Assembly: GCA_029717555.1 (NCBI GenBank)
Contig: JAMDHS010000075.1
Span: 1-64,000, forward strand
DNA: 64,000 nucleotides
Source of the DNA: Peribolospora baueri
Taxonomy: Eukaryota
Direction: 5' to 3'
The notes under the pieces were generated by a model. The model ran no database searches. It was not told the origin of the DNA and was given only the letters and a program-made list of their open reading frames with translations. Positions 49,607-62,093 of the stretch are shown here, piece after piece (within the stretch, counting starts at the first letter, position 1; each line of letters begins with the position of its first letter). The translations under genes and the position numbers were made by a program.

Positions 49607-51231
49607 TTATCTATTTCCACCACACCTCAATCCACGGATGGGAATACCGGCCATCCGCAAAGCCCGTCGTCCCTCCAGCGCCCAATCCCTCCCGTGCGCC
49701 TCCTCCCTCCCGAACTTGGCCTCCTCATCCGGCCCGAGCTGGATAGCTCGCAGCTCTTCTGCTCTTGTCTCCTCCATCTCCCTACCGCCGAACCCTTCGA
49801 GCCCGCCCGCGCGCATCCACGCCGCGACGTTGCTCTGCGAGCGGAGGGAATCGAGCACGCCGATCACCTGGAGGAGCACGTCATCCCCGTGGTCGGCGTC
49901 CCTGTCCATGTCGTCCGGTTCGGTTGCACTACCAAGGTGGGTAGAAGCAGGAGGTGAAGACGCACGCCACCTCTCCGCCCAATACTTCTCGCTCTCCCGC
50001 GCCTTCTTCGCATCATACTCCGGCACGCAGATATGGTTGAAAGGCTGCAAATGAGCCTTATCGGGAGAATCGTCCAACAGGATGGTGTTAAAGAGCGAGA
50101 ACTGCGCTGATTCCGGGTTTGAGGCGGGATCGGGCTTGACAGGGTGGTGTTCTCGGTCAGGTCGGGAGAACGAGGAAGAAACGCGGGCGTCGGCGAAGAT
50201 AGAGGAAAGGTTTTCAGTGTTGAGCGCATTCCAGATTATTTGAAGGTCTTTGACGGATTGCGTTTTGCGGTCTGTATCGTTGCGCAGGACGACACAAGTC
50301 TCCAATGAGCATGAGAAGAGAGAAGAGAGTGGGAAAAGGTCCGAGTCGACCGACCAACGACGACCGACTCACAAAACAACTCCTTCCTCACCAACGTATC
50401 CCGACTCCAAACGGCAACCAACCTCTCACGTTGTTCCGCGCTCATGATGGCGCGCAGCATGAGCTCGACGTTGTGCGGCTGTGCGCTGCTCCACACGATC
50501 ACGTGAAAGCGCTGTCTGTCGGCCCCCGAACCGCGCAAAGTAAGATTCAATCCTTTGTCCGTTGACGAGGGTAGTACGTCAAGATCCGATGTATTCATCT
50601 CCTTCTCCTCCGAACTCGGACCCTCGGCCTCGCTATCCACCTCCGCCTGCGTTCGACCGTTCACTGAAAAGAGGTATTGAAGAAACTCTTCCAGGTACGG
50701 GCGCTTCTGTGGACGCATGCTCCGTGAACGGCCCGATGACTTTGGGCGGTGGAGCAAAGTACCGTTGAGGTCTAAGACAACGAGTTTAGGTCGGGCGTCG
50801 ACTTGGCACGGGGAGAGACAGGCGGAGGACGTGAGGGAGAGGTACTCGTGAGAGGGCATGTTGCGGACGAATGCGGGCGCTGAAGTCGGCGAGTACCGGT
50901 TTCCCCACGTCGGTTGGACGTCGTCGAAAGTGAGCGAGGGCGACGAGCGACGCTGAGATTGTCTCTCATCCCTGCTTATATAATCGGAGCGACCGTCTGC
51001 GTGCTTTGGTCTGTCGTCTTCGTAGTCCGGGTAGTCGCGGTGGCCATCTGAGTGCAGCGATCTCCAGGAGTACCGACCATTTGCATGGCTTGTTCGATCA
51101 TTCCACGAGCCGGCATTACCTGCGCGTCGCTCCCAGTAGCCCGGGGAATTCGACTGTCTGTCCCTATGGCCTGGCGAGCGCCAGGAGGAATGATCGTCGG
51201 CGTAGCCTGATAGATCCCGCCACCCTCTCAT
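49607..51231 (-). CDS. NIF/FCP1-like HAD-superfamily phosphatase domain protein
   Basis: KLVVLDLNGTLLHR, KRPYLEEFLQYLF, VIVWSSAQPHNV, AVWSRDTL, KDLQIIW, NTILLDDSPDKAHLQPFNHICVPEY, DDVLLQVIGVL. Start uncertain. Confidence 0.85.
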
Positions 51232-53003
51232 CTGCGAGAGCGAAGTGCAGGTCGCAGGAAGAGGTGGCAATAGCAATGGCGGTGGTGGGAGGTTGTGGAC
51301 TTTCGCGGGCTGCGATTGCGAGAAGGGTTCTTGTCTTCGGCGTACCCGATGGCTGCAGGGCGGAATGGGAGGACGGGAGCTGAGGCAAGGCATCGTGTTG
51401 AGGAGCACGGCAAGCCATATAGCCGGAGCTGCATTTCATTTACTTTGCATTTCTACTCACAACGAAAGGGTGCAAACGTGGATGACGCCACCACGTAGGC
51501 GCATCGAGCAGCGGCGAAGGATGAGGGAGAGATAGAAAGTCACCGCCATCCGACCGCCAAGGACGGACGATTTAGATCGGGATGTCCCGGTCGGTCGCCC
51601 GTTCTCGTCCGCTCATCGCCGCTCGGTTTTGATAGCCTCGACGCGGTCACCGCTTTGATCGACACGGTGCCTGACCTGACGGACGACCATCGACGACGGT
51701 CGACTGCCTGTTCCTTCTGCTCCATTCGACCCACGAGCATTCGGTCGTCCTGCTTTCCATCGACGGTGCTAATCCAGGCGGACGCGTACAGGAAAGCCGT
51801 GTCACCCAGTACGCCCGATGGACGAGCCGGAGGGGTCAAGCTGATGACCGGCCTATAGGTGGCTTCTTGACACTCGTTCTCATCTGTCTTCGTAATTTTT
51901 TTATTCCTTTCCTTTGGAAGTTTGACCGCTAGACTCACTTTCAGGCACGCATCTGGCCATGCTTGGACCTCGGAAGGGGCGACCGCGACAGGCACCCGTT
52001 AACCCGACGGACGCTCACCTCCCGGCCTCTACTTTTCTCGTCCCCTGACCAGCTCCGCCCTTTCCTTCCCTTTTCCATCCCCGACAACTTACATTTTCAT
52101 TTGCTTTTCTCCGCCCAGTTTGCACCTTCCTCGTCTTTGCTTGCTTTGCCGACGCGGCAGGAAGCCGCGTCTTGCTTCTTCCTCCTCTTCCTCGAATACG
52201 AGATGGCTTCAGCCTCTCGTCCTTCGCTCGAGGCCCCCCCGGTCAGTTTTCGTGTTCGCAGTTGCCTTGGTACGCCTCCAGCTGCCAACGCAGCCATGTT
52301 CATGTCTTTGCTTTACCTCTAGGCTAACCTTCGGGCCGACGTCGCTAGCCCGGTCACCAACGCGAGCATCCTCCACTCTCATTCGACCTCCATGGCCGAC
52401 CGTGTGGGAGAACGTTCGGACACAGCGACAGTCAACCGTCCAGGCTTCCGACACACCCTCAAAACTATATCTCCCCGCCCTCGCCCCTCTACCACAGCAC
52501 CCCTCGCTCTTTTCGGCTTTTCCCCCACCCCGCCTGACACTGTTGATTCCTCGAAAAATGTGTTCGATCCCGCCCAGGCGGCTCAGACTCCGCTCTCTGC
52601 CGGCTCTCATACTCGGACGGGACGCACGGCTTGTCGCTCTGCTCGTCCTCTGCAGGGAGGAAAATCGGGTGTGGAGTCAAGGCGCCGGGAAGCAGTCGAC
52701 TCGCGCAAGCAGCATATATGCTGCCTAGTCGGCATTGGGCGCTGTCTTTGGTCCGTCGAGGTAAATGCCATTGACATCAGCGACCGTCAGAGCATAGGTC
52801 TCGACAAGAACAGCGAGTGCCAGAACGCTCGGTCGGCGGTGAATCTTTCGTCGTCAGTCCTTGTCCTTTGTTCGCGATAGGATTGCACGTCGAGTTCAGC
52901 GACCTGGCGTCTCCCGGCTCATCCACGTCTGTCCGTTCCACTTTTACTCCATATTTTCAGCGAAAGCTTATTTCCGGCTACGCTCAACGAGAGCTCGACG
53001 ACT

Positions 53004-55904
53004 ATGGCTGAGCAACCGGTCGTTGGCGGCGCGCTGTTGGTCTTTGGGACGCTGCCCGTTACATGGACGAAGCTGTCAGGCTCGGCGCACCGATGCGCTC
53101 GCTCCCTAAGTGGCATGTGCTTTCCATCCTCGTCAGCTCTACCTCCGCGGCCGGCCGCTCGATCTAGGAAGTGCGACAAGAGCACTCAAACGGGCACCCA
53201 GACCGAGGTGGACGTGAAGGGACCCAGATTGACCTCAGGCTCGGCCTTACGAACCAAGGTCGCCATTCTGGAGGATGCTAGAGACATTGCAAACCGCGAG
53301 CTGGACCCAGTTGGCGGAGACCAGGCTCGATACGGTCGCGATTTTCCGCCTAGGCCAGAACAGCAGCAAACTCCGAATGCCCCGTTCGCGGTTTCAGGAA
53401 AGTCGAGGTCGCTCCCTATCGAAAGCGATGTACGCACCCGGAGTCGAGGCCGAGGCCGCAGGTCCAATAGCGAAGGTGGAGGGGGTGTCGTGCCTCCTCC
53501 CCAACGCTCTCCATCCGCACCTGCACCTTGCCCTCCGCAATATTTTCCAGCCGCACCCGGTTGCACACCCGCTTTCACTTTCCCACCCCGCACTCCGCAG
53601 CAGAACTTGAACTACCATCCTTCTGGCGTCAATGATTTCCAATATTGGGCACAATCCCAGACTGCCGGCACAGGCATTGGCGCTCACGCTGGCGTGCAAA
53701 TCGGGCCGGGACAGGTCATCCCGTGGCAAGCACAACATGTCACCCCCACCGTCCCCGGCACCGGCTATCCTCCGGGGCTCGTACAGGCACACCTCTGGCA
53801 AGCTCAGAACTTTCACATTCCCCCCAGCCCTGGTTACCACCCGAGCTTCGCGCAAGCGCACCAGCACCAGTGGCAAGCTCAGAACTTTGCCATGCTTCCC
53901 GGCGCCTGCTATCCGCCGAGGCCCGCGCAGGCGCACACGTGGCATGCTCAAAGCATCCCTATCGCCTCCGGCGCCGACCGCTTCCCTTATCCTGCCCCGC
54001 CCGCAACCCTTTCTCATCAAGCCGGCAGCAGCGGCCCCGACGCACGGCAAGCGGCCCAGCAGGGCGCACACGCGGTACAGGTAGCCCATGCGGCACAGGC
54101 GGCACAAGCGGGCATGGCGCACAATCAGGCGGCCGTCCAGATGCGTTTCGGGGCCACTCGGTCGCGTCCCGGCGTACTGTCGGCGTTGGCACCGGCGTTC
54201 GAAGGAACCAAGACCGAGCCGCTTCGTACGCCGTCTCTCCCTTTGGTTGGTAACGAGGTCAAGCACTCTGCGTCTGGCGCGGGGTACGGCAACGCGCCTC
54301 CGTCATCGGCCGGGTCTCTCGTGGAGACCGATTGGTACACAAAAAATGCACTTGAACCGCCCTCAGGGTACGCCCCCCCGGTGCAGAACGACTGGTACAA
54401 GCGAACCGTGCTCAAGCAGCCCCAGGCGCCGTCGGTCACCTCGGCCAGGGACGCTGGACAGGCTGCCTCTGGTACGGAGCACGCCAACAGGTCGCCTCCA
54501 GCCGGAGCCCGTGCTGTGCAGGGCGAGTACGTATGCAGCGAGACGTCACAGGTGCCATCCATCTCTTTGACCGATGAAGCTGGACATACCCCTCCTGTGA
54601 AGATCGATTGGTACACGCGAACTAATCTCCTGCCGCCCTCGGCGGAGAATCCGTGTCCTTTGCAAAGGATCTGGTACACATCGCCGGCCCCGTGCCTGCC
54701 CTCGATTTTCGACCGCCGCTCTGGTTCCCACCATGCTCCTCCGCGCCCTCTCGTCCGACCCGTATTCCACTTTGGAGTGGTCGGAGGAGAACGACGCCAA
54801 GCGCACGAAATGGGCCCTCCACCGGGTCTCGAGGGCTACGCGACGGCGGTGTCTGTCGGAGCCGATGCCAGCGTTCCGTGCCTTTGGCCCGTTGGATGGG
54901 AACGCGCACTGGCGGCCTTGCGACGCGTTCTGTTACAGAGCTTCCCGTTTCCTACGGGCAGGAACGAGGTGGAGGCAATTGCGGGAACGGTGGTAGAATG
55001 GCCTTGCGGCGACTGGACCTTTTGTCCCGACGTGGAGGACAGGCCCGTTTGGGCAGACGTCCCGGCCACCGTCCCGTCTGTCCATGTGCCCACGCTCACC
55101 GCCAAAGTGACGATCCTGCCGACCATTCCGGAAGGATCCAACGTCGGGTCTACGATAGGCAGCATGACCGCCGCCGCCGCTGGGTCATGGGGCCATCCGG
55201 AGCGCGCGCCTCGGCCCCAATGTCCGCCGTCGTCATTGGCGGCGGTGGCAGAGGGCAGCGACGGGTCGACTACATCGAGTATGATCGCGGCTGCCAACGA
55301 CTGTGGCCACTCTGAGTGCGCCGCATCGTTCACGTCCGCCTTGGCCCCGCGCGTTGTCCGGCCCATCCAGCTCGGCGCCGTTGTGGCGAACGCGACGAGC
55401 AGCGGGAGCAGCGGGAGCAGCAGCAGCTGCGGCTCGATCACGTCATCGCTGCTGAACGCGATGGACGAGGCGGTGAGAGAGGACCCGGTGGCGGTGAGGC
55501 TGGTGGAGGAGCATAGGCAGCCGGACACGAGGTTGAGGAGGAGCTTGATCGGGCTTGCTTTGAGCGCTGGTAGGGAGGAGATGGAGGGCGACGGGGACGG
55601 CGGAACTCATTTTGGCGAGGGAGACGGTAAAGGCGTAGACGAGTCGGCGTCGAACGTTTCCGTATCCGAGTACGACCTGGCAGAGCTTCTGCGGAGCGGA
55701 GGGCGAGAAGGTGAGAACGAGCGTCCGGCTTCGTCCTCGCTTCGGGGTCCGTCTCCGCCGGGGCGGCCTCGGTCTGTCTCTTGGAGCCGCGGTCGTGGGC
55801 GGGGCCTGTCTCGGAGTGAGGCTGACGTTCCGTCTCGGGGCCAGCCTCGGCAGCACTTTCGGCAGTATACTTCGAACGGGGTTATGTTTCGGGGAGGGGA
55901 GTGA
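53004..55904 (+). CDS. Large low-complexity orphan protein with internal WQAQ and DWY repeats; may extend upstream through exons from ATG 52203
   Basis: 966-codon uninterrupted ORF. Upstream exon 52203-52241 plus intron 52242-52322 splices in frame into ORF 52392-52880, but the link onward is unresolved. Confidence 0.6.
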   Translation: MAEQPVVGGALLVFGTLPVTWTKLSGSAHRCARSLSGMCFPSSSALPPRPAARSRKCDKSTQTGTQTEVDVKGPRLTSGSALRTKVAILEDARDIANRELDPVGGDQARYGRDFPPRPEQQQTPNAPFAVSGKSRSLPIESDVRTRSRGRGRRSNSEGGGGVVPPPQRSPSAPAPCPPQYFPAAPGCTPAFTFPPRTPQQNLNYHPSGVNDFQYWAQSQTAGTGIGAHAGVQIGPGQVIPWQAQHVTPTVPGTGYPPGLVQAHLWQAQNFHIPPSPGYHPSFAQAHQHQWQAQNFAMLPGACYPPRPAQAHTWHAQSIPIASGADRFPYPAPPATLSHQAGSSGPDARQAAQQGAHAVQVAHAAQAAQAGMAHNQAAVQMRFGATRSRPGVLSALAPAFEGTKTEPLRTPSLPLVGNEVKHSASGAGYGNAPPSSAGSLVETDWYTKNALEPPSGYAPPVQNDWYKRTVLKQPQAPSVTSARDAGQAASGTEHANRSPPAGARAVQGEYVCSETSQVPSISLTDEAGHTPPVKIDWYTRTNLLPPSAENPCPLQRIWYTSPAPCLPSIFDRRSGSHHAPPRPLVRPVFHFGVVGGERRQAHEMGPPPGLEGYATAVSVGADASVPCLWPVGWERALAALRRVLLQSFPFPTGRNEVEAIAGTVVEWPCGDWTFCPDVEDRPVWADVPATVPSVHVPTLTAKVTILPTIPEGSNVGSTIGSMTAAAAGSWGHPERAPRPQCPPSSLAAVAEGSDGSTTSSMIAAANDCGHSECAASFTSALAPRVVRPIQLGAVVANATSSGSSGSSSSCGSITSSLLNAMDEAVREDPVAVRLVEEHRQPDTRLRRSLIGLALSAGREEMEGDGDGGTHFGEGDGKGVDESASNVSVSEYDLAELLRSGGREGENERPASSSLRGPSPPGRPRSVSWSRGRGRGLSRSEADVPSRGQPRQHFRQYTSNGVMFRGGE

Positions 55905-56247
55905 AAGGTGGGGCGCTAAGAGGGTCGGTGAGCAGGGAAAGATGATGGAGTAGAGCTAGGAATAAAGAAAAGGAGGGAGGAGGAAGCAGCAGACGTATGG
56001 CACATAGGCTGTCTCTAGCTTGCGAAGCAGAATGCAAAGTGGATAGGCTAGCGAAGGGCAACAAGAATGGGGGGGAGGAGAGAGAAAAGCGATTCTTATC
56101 TGTATACGGGACGGCTACTTTGTCTTTTTCACTCAAGGGAGCAATGGATGGGGTGTGAAAAGCAGTCAAGTTCAATTTGTGTACTGTACACTGCGCCAGC
56201 GCTCCTTGCCCTTTGGTCAGCGCTCGCAAACGAACGAACAAACGACG

Positions 56248-56300
56248 CCATCCAGTCGTCCATCCAGTCGTCCATCCAGTCGTCCATCCAGTCGTCCATC
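56248..56300. repeat. 12-bp minisatellite (CCATCCAGTCGT)x4
   Basis: Read directly. Confidence 0.95.
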
Positions 56301-56320
56301 TACCCCTCATCTGCCGCCTC

Positions 56321-56581
56321 TCATCTGCGACAGGCACAGGTGACGGCGCACCGCTGGCAGTAGCATATGGTGCACGGACACCGTTTGTACTCGTCCTGTC
56401 CGTCCTGTCCGTCTGTGGGCTTAGGTGGGGTACAGCCGTTGGGAGATGCGGGTCCTCCTTGGCCGTCACGGGCCTTTGGAAGGCGTGCTGGGCGGTGGGC
56501 CGTGTCGCTGTTGCCGTCGCTGTCGCTGTCGCCGTCGTGGGGGACGGAAGAGCCGTAGTTGGAGGGCTTGTCTGGGTTCAT
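56321..56581 (-). CDS. Candidate 86-aa protein with Cys-rich C-terminus
   Basis: ATG-started ORF ending CPCTICYCQRCAVTCACRR; TATTAAA on the minus strand ~170 nt upstream. Confidence 0.4.
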   Translation of the reverse strand: MNPDKPSNYGSSVPHDGDSDSDGNSDTAHRPARLPKARDGQGGPASPNGCTPPKPTDGQDGQDEYKRCPCTICYCQRCAVTCACRR

Positions 56582-57439
56582 CTGCGGTCGGGCGATACAT
56601 GTCCAGGTCCGTCAGCTCATCTGCTGCCGTCTTGTCTTGTCTTGGCTACCGGGCGGTGGGCGATGGGCTCACCATAGTACTATCAGCAGGGTTCGGTGGA
56701 GGCGTGATGATGGGCGAGGTGGGCGGACGACGGGCGGACTGTGGTTGTTTAATACCGGGGAGGGGTCACAACGTTTCCTTTATTCCTTTCTTTTTCTTTT
56801 TCGGTATTCCACCGGTCCCCGCGTTTCTCATTCCCCTCCCGACCGCACTCGAGAGCGATGTCGACGCGGAGGGGCGGAGAATGTCCCGCTCGCCGAGCGG
56901 GCAGAGTGAGGACGGCCAACGTAAACGAGGCGGAGAGGGCCATGCTGTGCACCGCTCCGATACGTGCCGTCGCCGGGGCCCCGCACCGGCAGTGTGCCCG
57001 GTAATGGCCATGTTACAGTTCAGTGTGGATGGAAAACCGAAATGAATGTCAAAAACGGTGAGCCGGGCGTGCAGACGAGGCGGTGGCGGTGACGGTGACG
57101 GCGTGGCTTATGCCTGTCCAAGGTCGGGCAAACTCAACTCTCTCCGTCATAACTCCTGCCGTCAACTCACCTCCTAACCCTTTGTTCCCCACCCATCGCC
57201 CCGCCCTCACTTAGCCGCGCCTCTGTCAGCGAGCGACGTTCATAGTTCGGCGGCAACAGCACACACCACCCTCGATCCACTGCATGCCGAGTGCGGGGTG
57301 GCACTTCGGCATCGTCGTCTCTCTCATCCTTGTTTCTATTATCTCGAGGTGGCCCGTGCGCTCACCACCTGCCGCAGCCGATCACACGTTCGCTTCCTCG
57401 CCCGGCCCGCCGGCCTTCCACCTTCGTCCACCGACCGTC

Positions 57440-59840
57440 ATGTCCTTCTCGCTCAGCCTTCCGGCCATCACCGACAATCGCCCGGACGGCGACGACGCGC
57501 TCCAGATTCGCGGTCTTCCGCCGCTTACAGAGCTCGTGCCTCTCCAGGGAGAGCATGCGTCTACGGGCCAGCCGGAACGGGACTCGGGCGAGGGTCGGCC
57601 ACCTCCGGCCGATCGGGGGGAAGATGGAGAGGACTCGCTTCAGGCCGCCGTCGGCGACGCCGACGGCGGCGGCGACGACTCCAGGTTTGCGCACTTGCAA
57701 GACTTAATCCGCCAAATAGAGGTGCCGCCTGCATTTGCAGGCGAGAGCTGGCAAGCTGGTGAGTCGGCGCATGCCTAGGACACCTCGAGCGCACTCCGGG
57801 GCCGACCTTGAACAATCTTTGTTCTACCCCATTACCCAGACTCTGAGACGCTATCGACGCTACAGGCCTGGAAAACGACACTTCCCTCTTGCCTGCGTGC
57901 TTTCTCTTCGGCCCTCCCTCACCCTTCCGGTGAGATGTCGCCAGACCTTCAAACCCTCTTCGTCTTCCACCTCGCCCGCCTTTACCAAGGTCCCCACATC
58001 GCCCCGAGGCCGTCGTCGCAGGACGATCTAGATATGGACGAATGGACGCGAGAGGAAGACCAGAGATGGAGCGCTGACCACGACGTCATCCTCCGCACCA
58101 CCGTCCGTGACGAATGGGCTGCTGACGATGTTCCCGAGCTTGCAGGCGGTGAGCTACGGCATGCTCTCTTTTTCGTTCTGTTCCAATCTTGCGTCTCACA
58201 CAGCCCAACGTTCTACCACGTTCTTCGCAGCCGTGTTGGACCGCCTCGTTCCCTCCTCCGACTTGATCCGGCGTCTCCTCCAAAGCCGTATACGACCCCT
58301 CTTTGCACCTCATGCTTCCATAAACCCGGAGACTGGCAGGGCACGTCTCATCGCGGCGGGCTCCTCCGACCGGGCCGGCGCGGTGGACGTGCGTTCGTAC
58401 GAGGATGAGGTGCCGTGGAAGGACGTCGTACCCGGGGCGGCCAACGTCGTCTGGTGGATCGTGGATCATGTGGAGGTGGGTGAGCTGGACGGATGCCCGG
58501 GCGGGCGGCGTTGCTCACTGAGTCTGCTCGTATCGCCGGCAGCCGTCAACGCTCCCAGATCTTATTCCCCTCCTCCTTCCCCCGCTGCTCACCATCCTCG
58601 ACGACGTCTCGTCGCGTAACAAGTTGATCGGCGCAGACGCCGTTCGCACCTTTGTCCTCCACGTCGAACAAGCCGATCCTGGTTGGCTGCGAAGGAGCGG
58701 CGTTGGCTCTGTGATCGCCGAGGTGCGTCCCGCGGAGTCCGTCCACATTGCGCCCAATTGCTCAACCGTTTTTTTGAACTCCAACGTCGTCTCAGTCGCT
58801 TTCATTGGCCCTGATGCGAATAACCACACCCGAGTCCCCCGCCGTGCTCCACCACACCCTCCAATCCCTCCGCACGCTCATCCTTTGCACCACCTCTCCC
58901 GAATCCTTCTCCATCTCCCCAACCCATCGCTTCCCCTCCACCTCCACCTCCGCCGGCGCCCGCGCTCCAGCTGGTGTGGATTGGTCGACAGAACGAGCGC
59001 GAAGTGAAGAACGCTTCCGACGGCTCTGCAGCGCGTTCGAGGACGGGCCCGTTCAGGCTTGGACGTACGGTGGCGATCGGGTCGAGTTGGGTCGGATTAG
59101 CGCGCGGTGGGCTCGGCGCCTTGTTGCGGATCTTGGTGTGGGATGCGTGAGGTACCTGAAGGTTTGTTTTGGGTTCTCCTCGCTTTTTTTTTGTTTGTTT
59201 GACAGCGGTCTTTCGCTCATCGCCACGTCCTTCTCTCTCTGCTACTAGGCGGTCCTCCCCCACCTCTCCAACCTCATCTCCCACCCCCTCTCCCCCTCTC
59301 CCACTCTCCTACCCCTAAGCCTCGCGGCGTCCGAAGCACTCGCGACGATGATCCGCGTAGCGGCGCCGACGGGCCGTGTGAACCGCTGGCATGGGCGTGT
59401 GTTGGACGGTGTGGGGAGGGCGTGGGTGCGGTTGATGGGCGACGGGAAAAGGAGGGGAGGGACCTGGGAGGCGAGGAGAGCTTGGGAGCAGGATCGCCAA
59501 GGTGGGCCGTCTCCTTCACTTCTGTTTTTCTTCTATTCACGTAGCCTTGTCTTACCCCGTTCGCTCACTTCGTGTGATCGATCGATGGTGGACAGGATGC
59601 GAAGCGTTTGCGCGCATGTTGCAAGAAGTGGTGCGAGCGCTGGCGGAGGCGTGCGATGATGACGATATTCGAGAGGTGAGCCACGCCTCCTCTCTTTACG
59701 TGACGGACGGTCGGTTGACTGGAGTCGACTGGTGTTTTACATAGGACTTTGACAGGCTCCGCGGCGTCCGACACGGTATCTTTTCTGATCTTCTTCCTCC
59801 CTCGTCCGAGCGCACGCGCACGGAGATCAGCGCGGCGTGA
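57440..59840 (+). CDS. TTI2: TTT-complex subunit Tti2-like HEAT protein (multi-exon)
   Basis: IRPLFAPHASINPETGR, EVPWK...NVVWWIV, PPLLTILDD, LRRSGVGSVI, DLGVGCVRYLK, VNRWHGRVLDGVGRAW. Confidence 0.7.
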
Positions 59841-59961
59841 AGGAGGAACGAGTGGGAGAAGGAGAGGTTCCATAACGACGCGACACGCGACGATGATGGT
59901 ACATAGACGAAACGATAGATTGCTCGTGCTCGTACGCGGGCTTCCGACCCGGTCCGGTCCT

Positions 59962-60285
59962 TCAATAGCAGCACTTGCGAGTACAAGGCCAGGCGCACAA
60001 GCACGTCGGTCTGCACCGGCATCGCTGGTTTCCGCACGGGTGCGGGTCTGTCTTGTTGTCGTTGTCGACGTCGCTGGGCGTGGGCATGCCTACGCCCACG
60101 GCCGGCCTCGTCTTGTGGCTCGTCGTCACGCGCCCGTCGTCATCGTCGTCGTCGGTCCGACGGAGATCGAGGCGCTGCAAGGGAGAAGGGAGGGTGAAGG
60201 ACCGACGTCGGCGGGCGGACCAGCCGGAGACGGACGGGGACGGGCGCGTCTCGCTCACCGTTCTCGAGTTGGTCGTGGTGGCCAT
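59962..60285 (-). CDS. Candidate 107-aa protein with Cys-rich C-terminus
   Basis: ACCATGG start; ends CGNQRCRCRPTCLCAWPCTRKCCY; TA-rich box at ~60555-60566. Confidence 0.4.
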   Translation of the reverse strand: MATTTNSRTVSETRPSPSVSGWSARRRRSFTLPSPLQRLDLRRTDDDDDDGRVTTSHKTRPAVGVGMPTPSDVDNDNKTDPHPCGNQRCRCRPTCLCAWPCTRKCCY

Positions 60286-62093
60286 GGTGGGGGTTGGTTT
60301 GGACGCCTTGAAGATGGGTCTGGAAAGAGGAGGTGCTTGATGGGGACGAGCTGGAGTGGGGGACGAGGGAGAGGGAGGAGGAAAGGTAGGACGAGGTGGG
60401 TCGGCGGGCGTCTGTCTGTTATGTGTGTGTGTATAATGTATCGAGTGAGCCACCATCGGCCTTCGAGTGAGTGCGAGTGTACATATCATCGGACGTCGAC
60501 CGGTCGGCCGTCAGGGGTCGGTCGGGTTGGCCATGACGACGTCAGAGACCCAACGATATACATATACGGGCCGAAGTAGGAGCAGGTGACCGGAAGGGGA
60601 GGTGGTGGCAGGTGGAAAGCGTGGCGCCAAGGTTCAGCTGAGTCGCCACGTCGTCACGATAGAACGCCGAGGTTTAGTCGGCGACGAAACAAAGGAGACG
60701 CCGACGTCGATGACGATGACGACGACAGAGACGTTGGTCGCCTCTGAACACTTTTATCGACTCGACAACCACGACGAGCGTGCTCCTTCCGGGACGGTCG
60801 GCCGTCGATGGTGTTCACGAACGGCGGCTTCACTTCCACCTCGAGCGCGACGCAGTCGATGGCCGTTGTGAGATCGGGCATTGGAGCGATGCCGACGACG
60901 ACGACCACCTGTCCCGAACGCCGGCGGCCACGACAAGCCCAACCGACGATCCGTCGAGCTCGTCCAGGGACGATATATGCTTGGTACATGGCCGTTGCGT
61001 CCGGGTCACGACCAGGATCGTGTCGACAGAGTTGCGCGCAGCCGTAGGGAGCAATTGCACCCGTCCATCTATCTCTTTCTCTCTATCTATTCTCGTTCTG
61101 GTTTATTTAAGCCGTCTTGCCGCGCCACCTTGCTTGCCGGCCGAACCCAGACCGGCCAGACGTCGCGCAGGCACGGACGAGACGAGACGAGCGATTCCAT
61201 CGACGCTCGTGCACCGGCTGATGAGATTTCGCCGACCCCACGGGGACGGGGACGGGGACGTTTGGGACAGCAGCACAGCGGCTGCGCATCGCATGTCCTT
61301 TTGCACCAAGCTGCGTTCTGTCATGTAGGAACACGACTCGAGACACGCTTAGTGGGACACACAAAGGTTACGCTGACTTAACACTTTACACCTCGCCGTG
61401 GGCTAAGCTGGCCGGCCGGAGAGAGTTAGTGTCGGCAGCCCGGGCCGCGGGTGGCACACGACCTCGTCGCTTATCACTTCTCTTTACCCCCACCGACCAT
61501 GTCTCTCCTCCTTGCCTCTCCGCACTCCGCACTGCCACTCACGAAGCGAGCGAGAGAACGGCGGCAAGGCGACGCAAAGCAAACCAAAGCAAAGCAAAAC
61601 AAGGTAAGACGTCGTATATACGCGCTTGCCTCCCTCGGGACATGAGTCTAATCACCTCCACCGCACTCGTATCCCCGTCGCCGACGCTGCGCTTTTATTC
61701 GAACCGGCGCCGTCCGTTCCACGGACAAGGCCACTTCTGTATTCGGACGTCCCACAGCTACGGGCTCCACTCCGTCGTCGCACCACCGCTCGCCGGTGAA
61801 TTCTGAATTCCCTTGCCGGCGGCTGTTTCTAATGGCCGATGGTACAGAACCCTGGGCGAGCTGAGCCGTGCTGAGCGAGGACCGAAGGGGGGGGCGACGC
61901 TCTCCCCCGAATCGGCTACAGTCGATATATCCCACTGTCCCACTGACCCGACCCGCCCTCCTCTTCCCTCATTGCGCGCTCCAATCTTTTTGCCTCACAA
62001 CGAGGCGATCTTTGAGAACGCTGCGCCTCGAACTCATCTAACCTCTTTGCCACCCACTCCAACCTCGCAAAGAGCAAGCCTTCGCCTCGAATC

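Noticed and set aside
51273..51300. About 22/27 match to the foldback element's repeat unit
   Set aside because: Low-complexity G/T-rich sequence, single unit, no TIR.
25478..57182. Scattered single CCCTAA/TTAGGG-like motifs (~25478, 28617, 30418, 45928, 57174)
   Set aside because: One to two units each, expected by chance, with no associated junction.
24055..59840. Functional cluster of telomere/PIKK-related genes (CGI121, LST8, TTI2, with LIG4 upstream)
   Set aside because: Widely spaced among unrelated genes; no evidence beyond coincidence without synteny data.
60600..62050. Multiple overlapping ORFs upstream of oxalate decarboxylase
   Set aside because: GC-rich, microsatellite-laden intergenic sequence with no protein signature.
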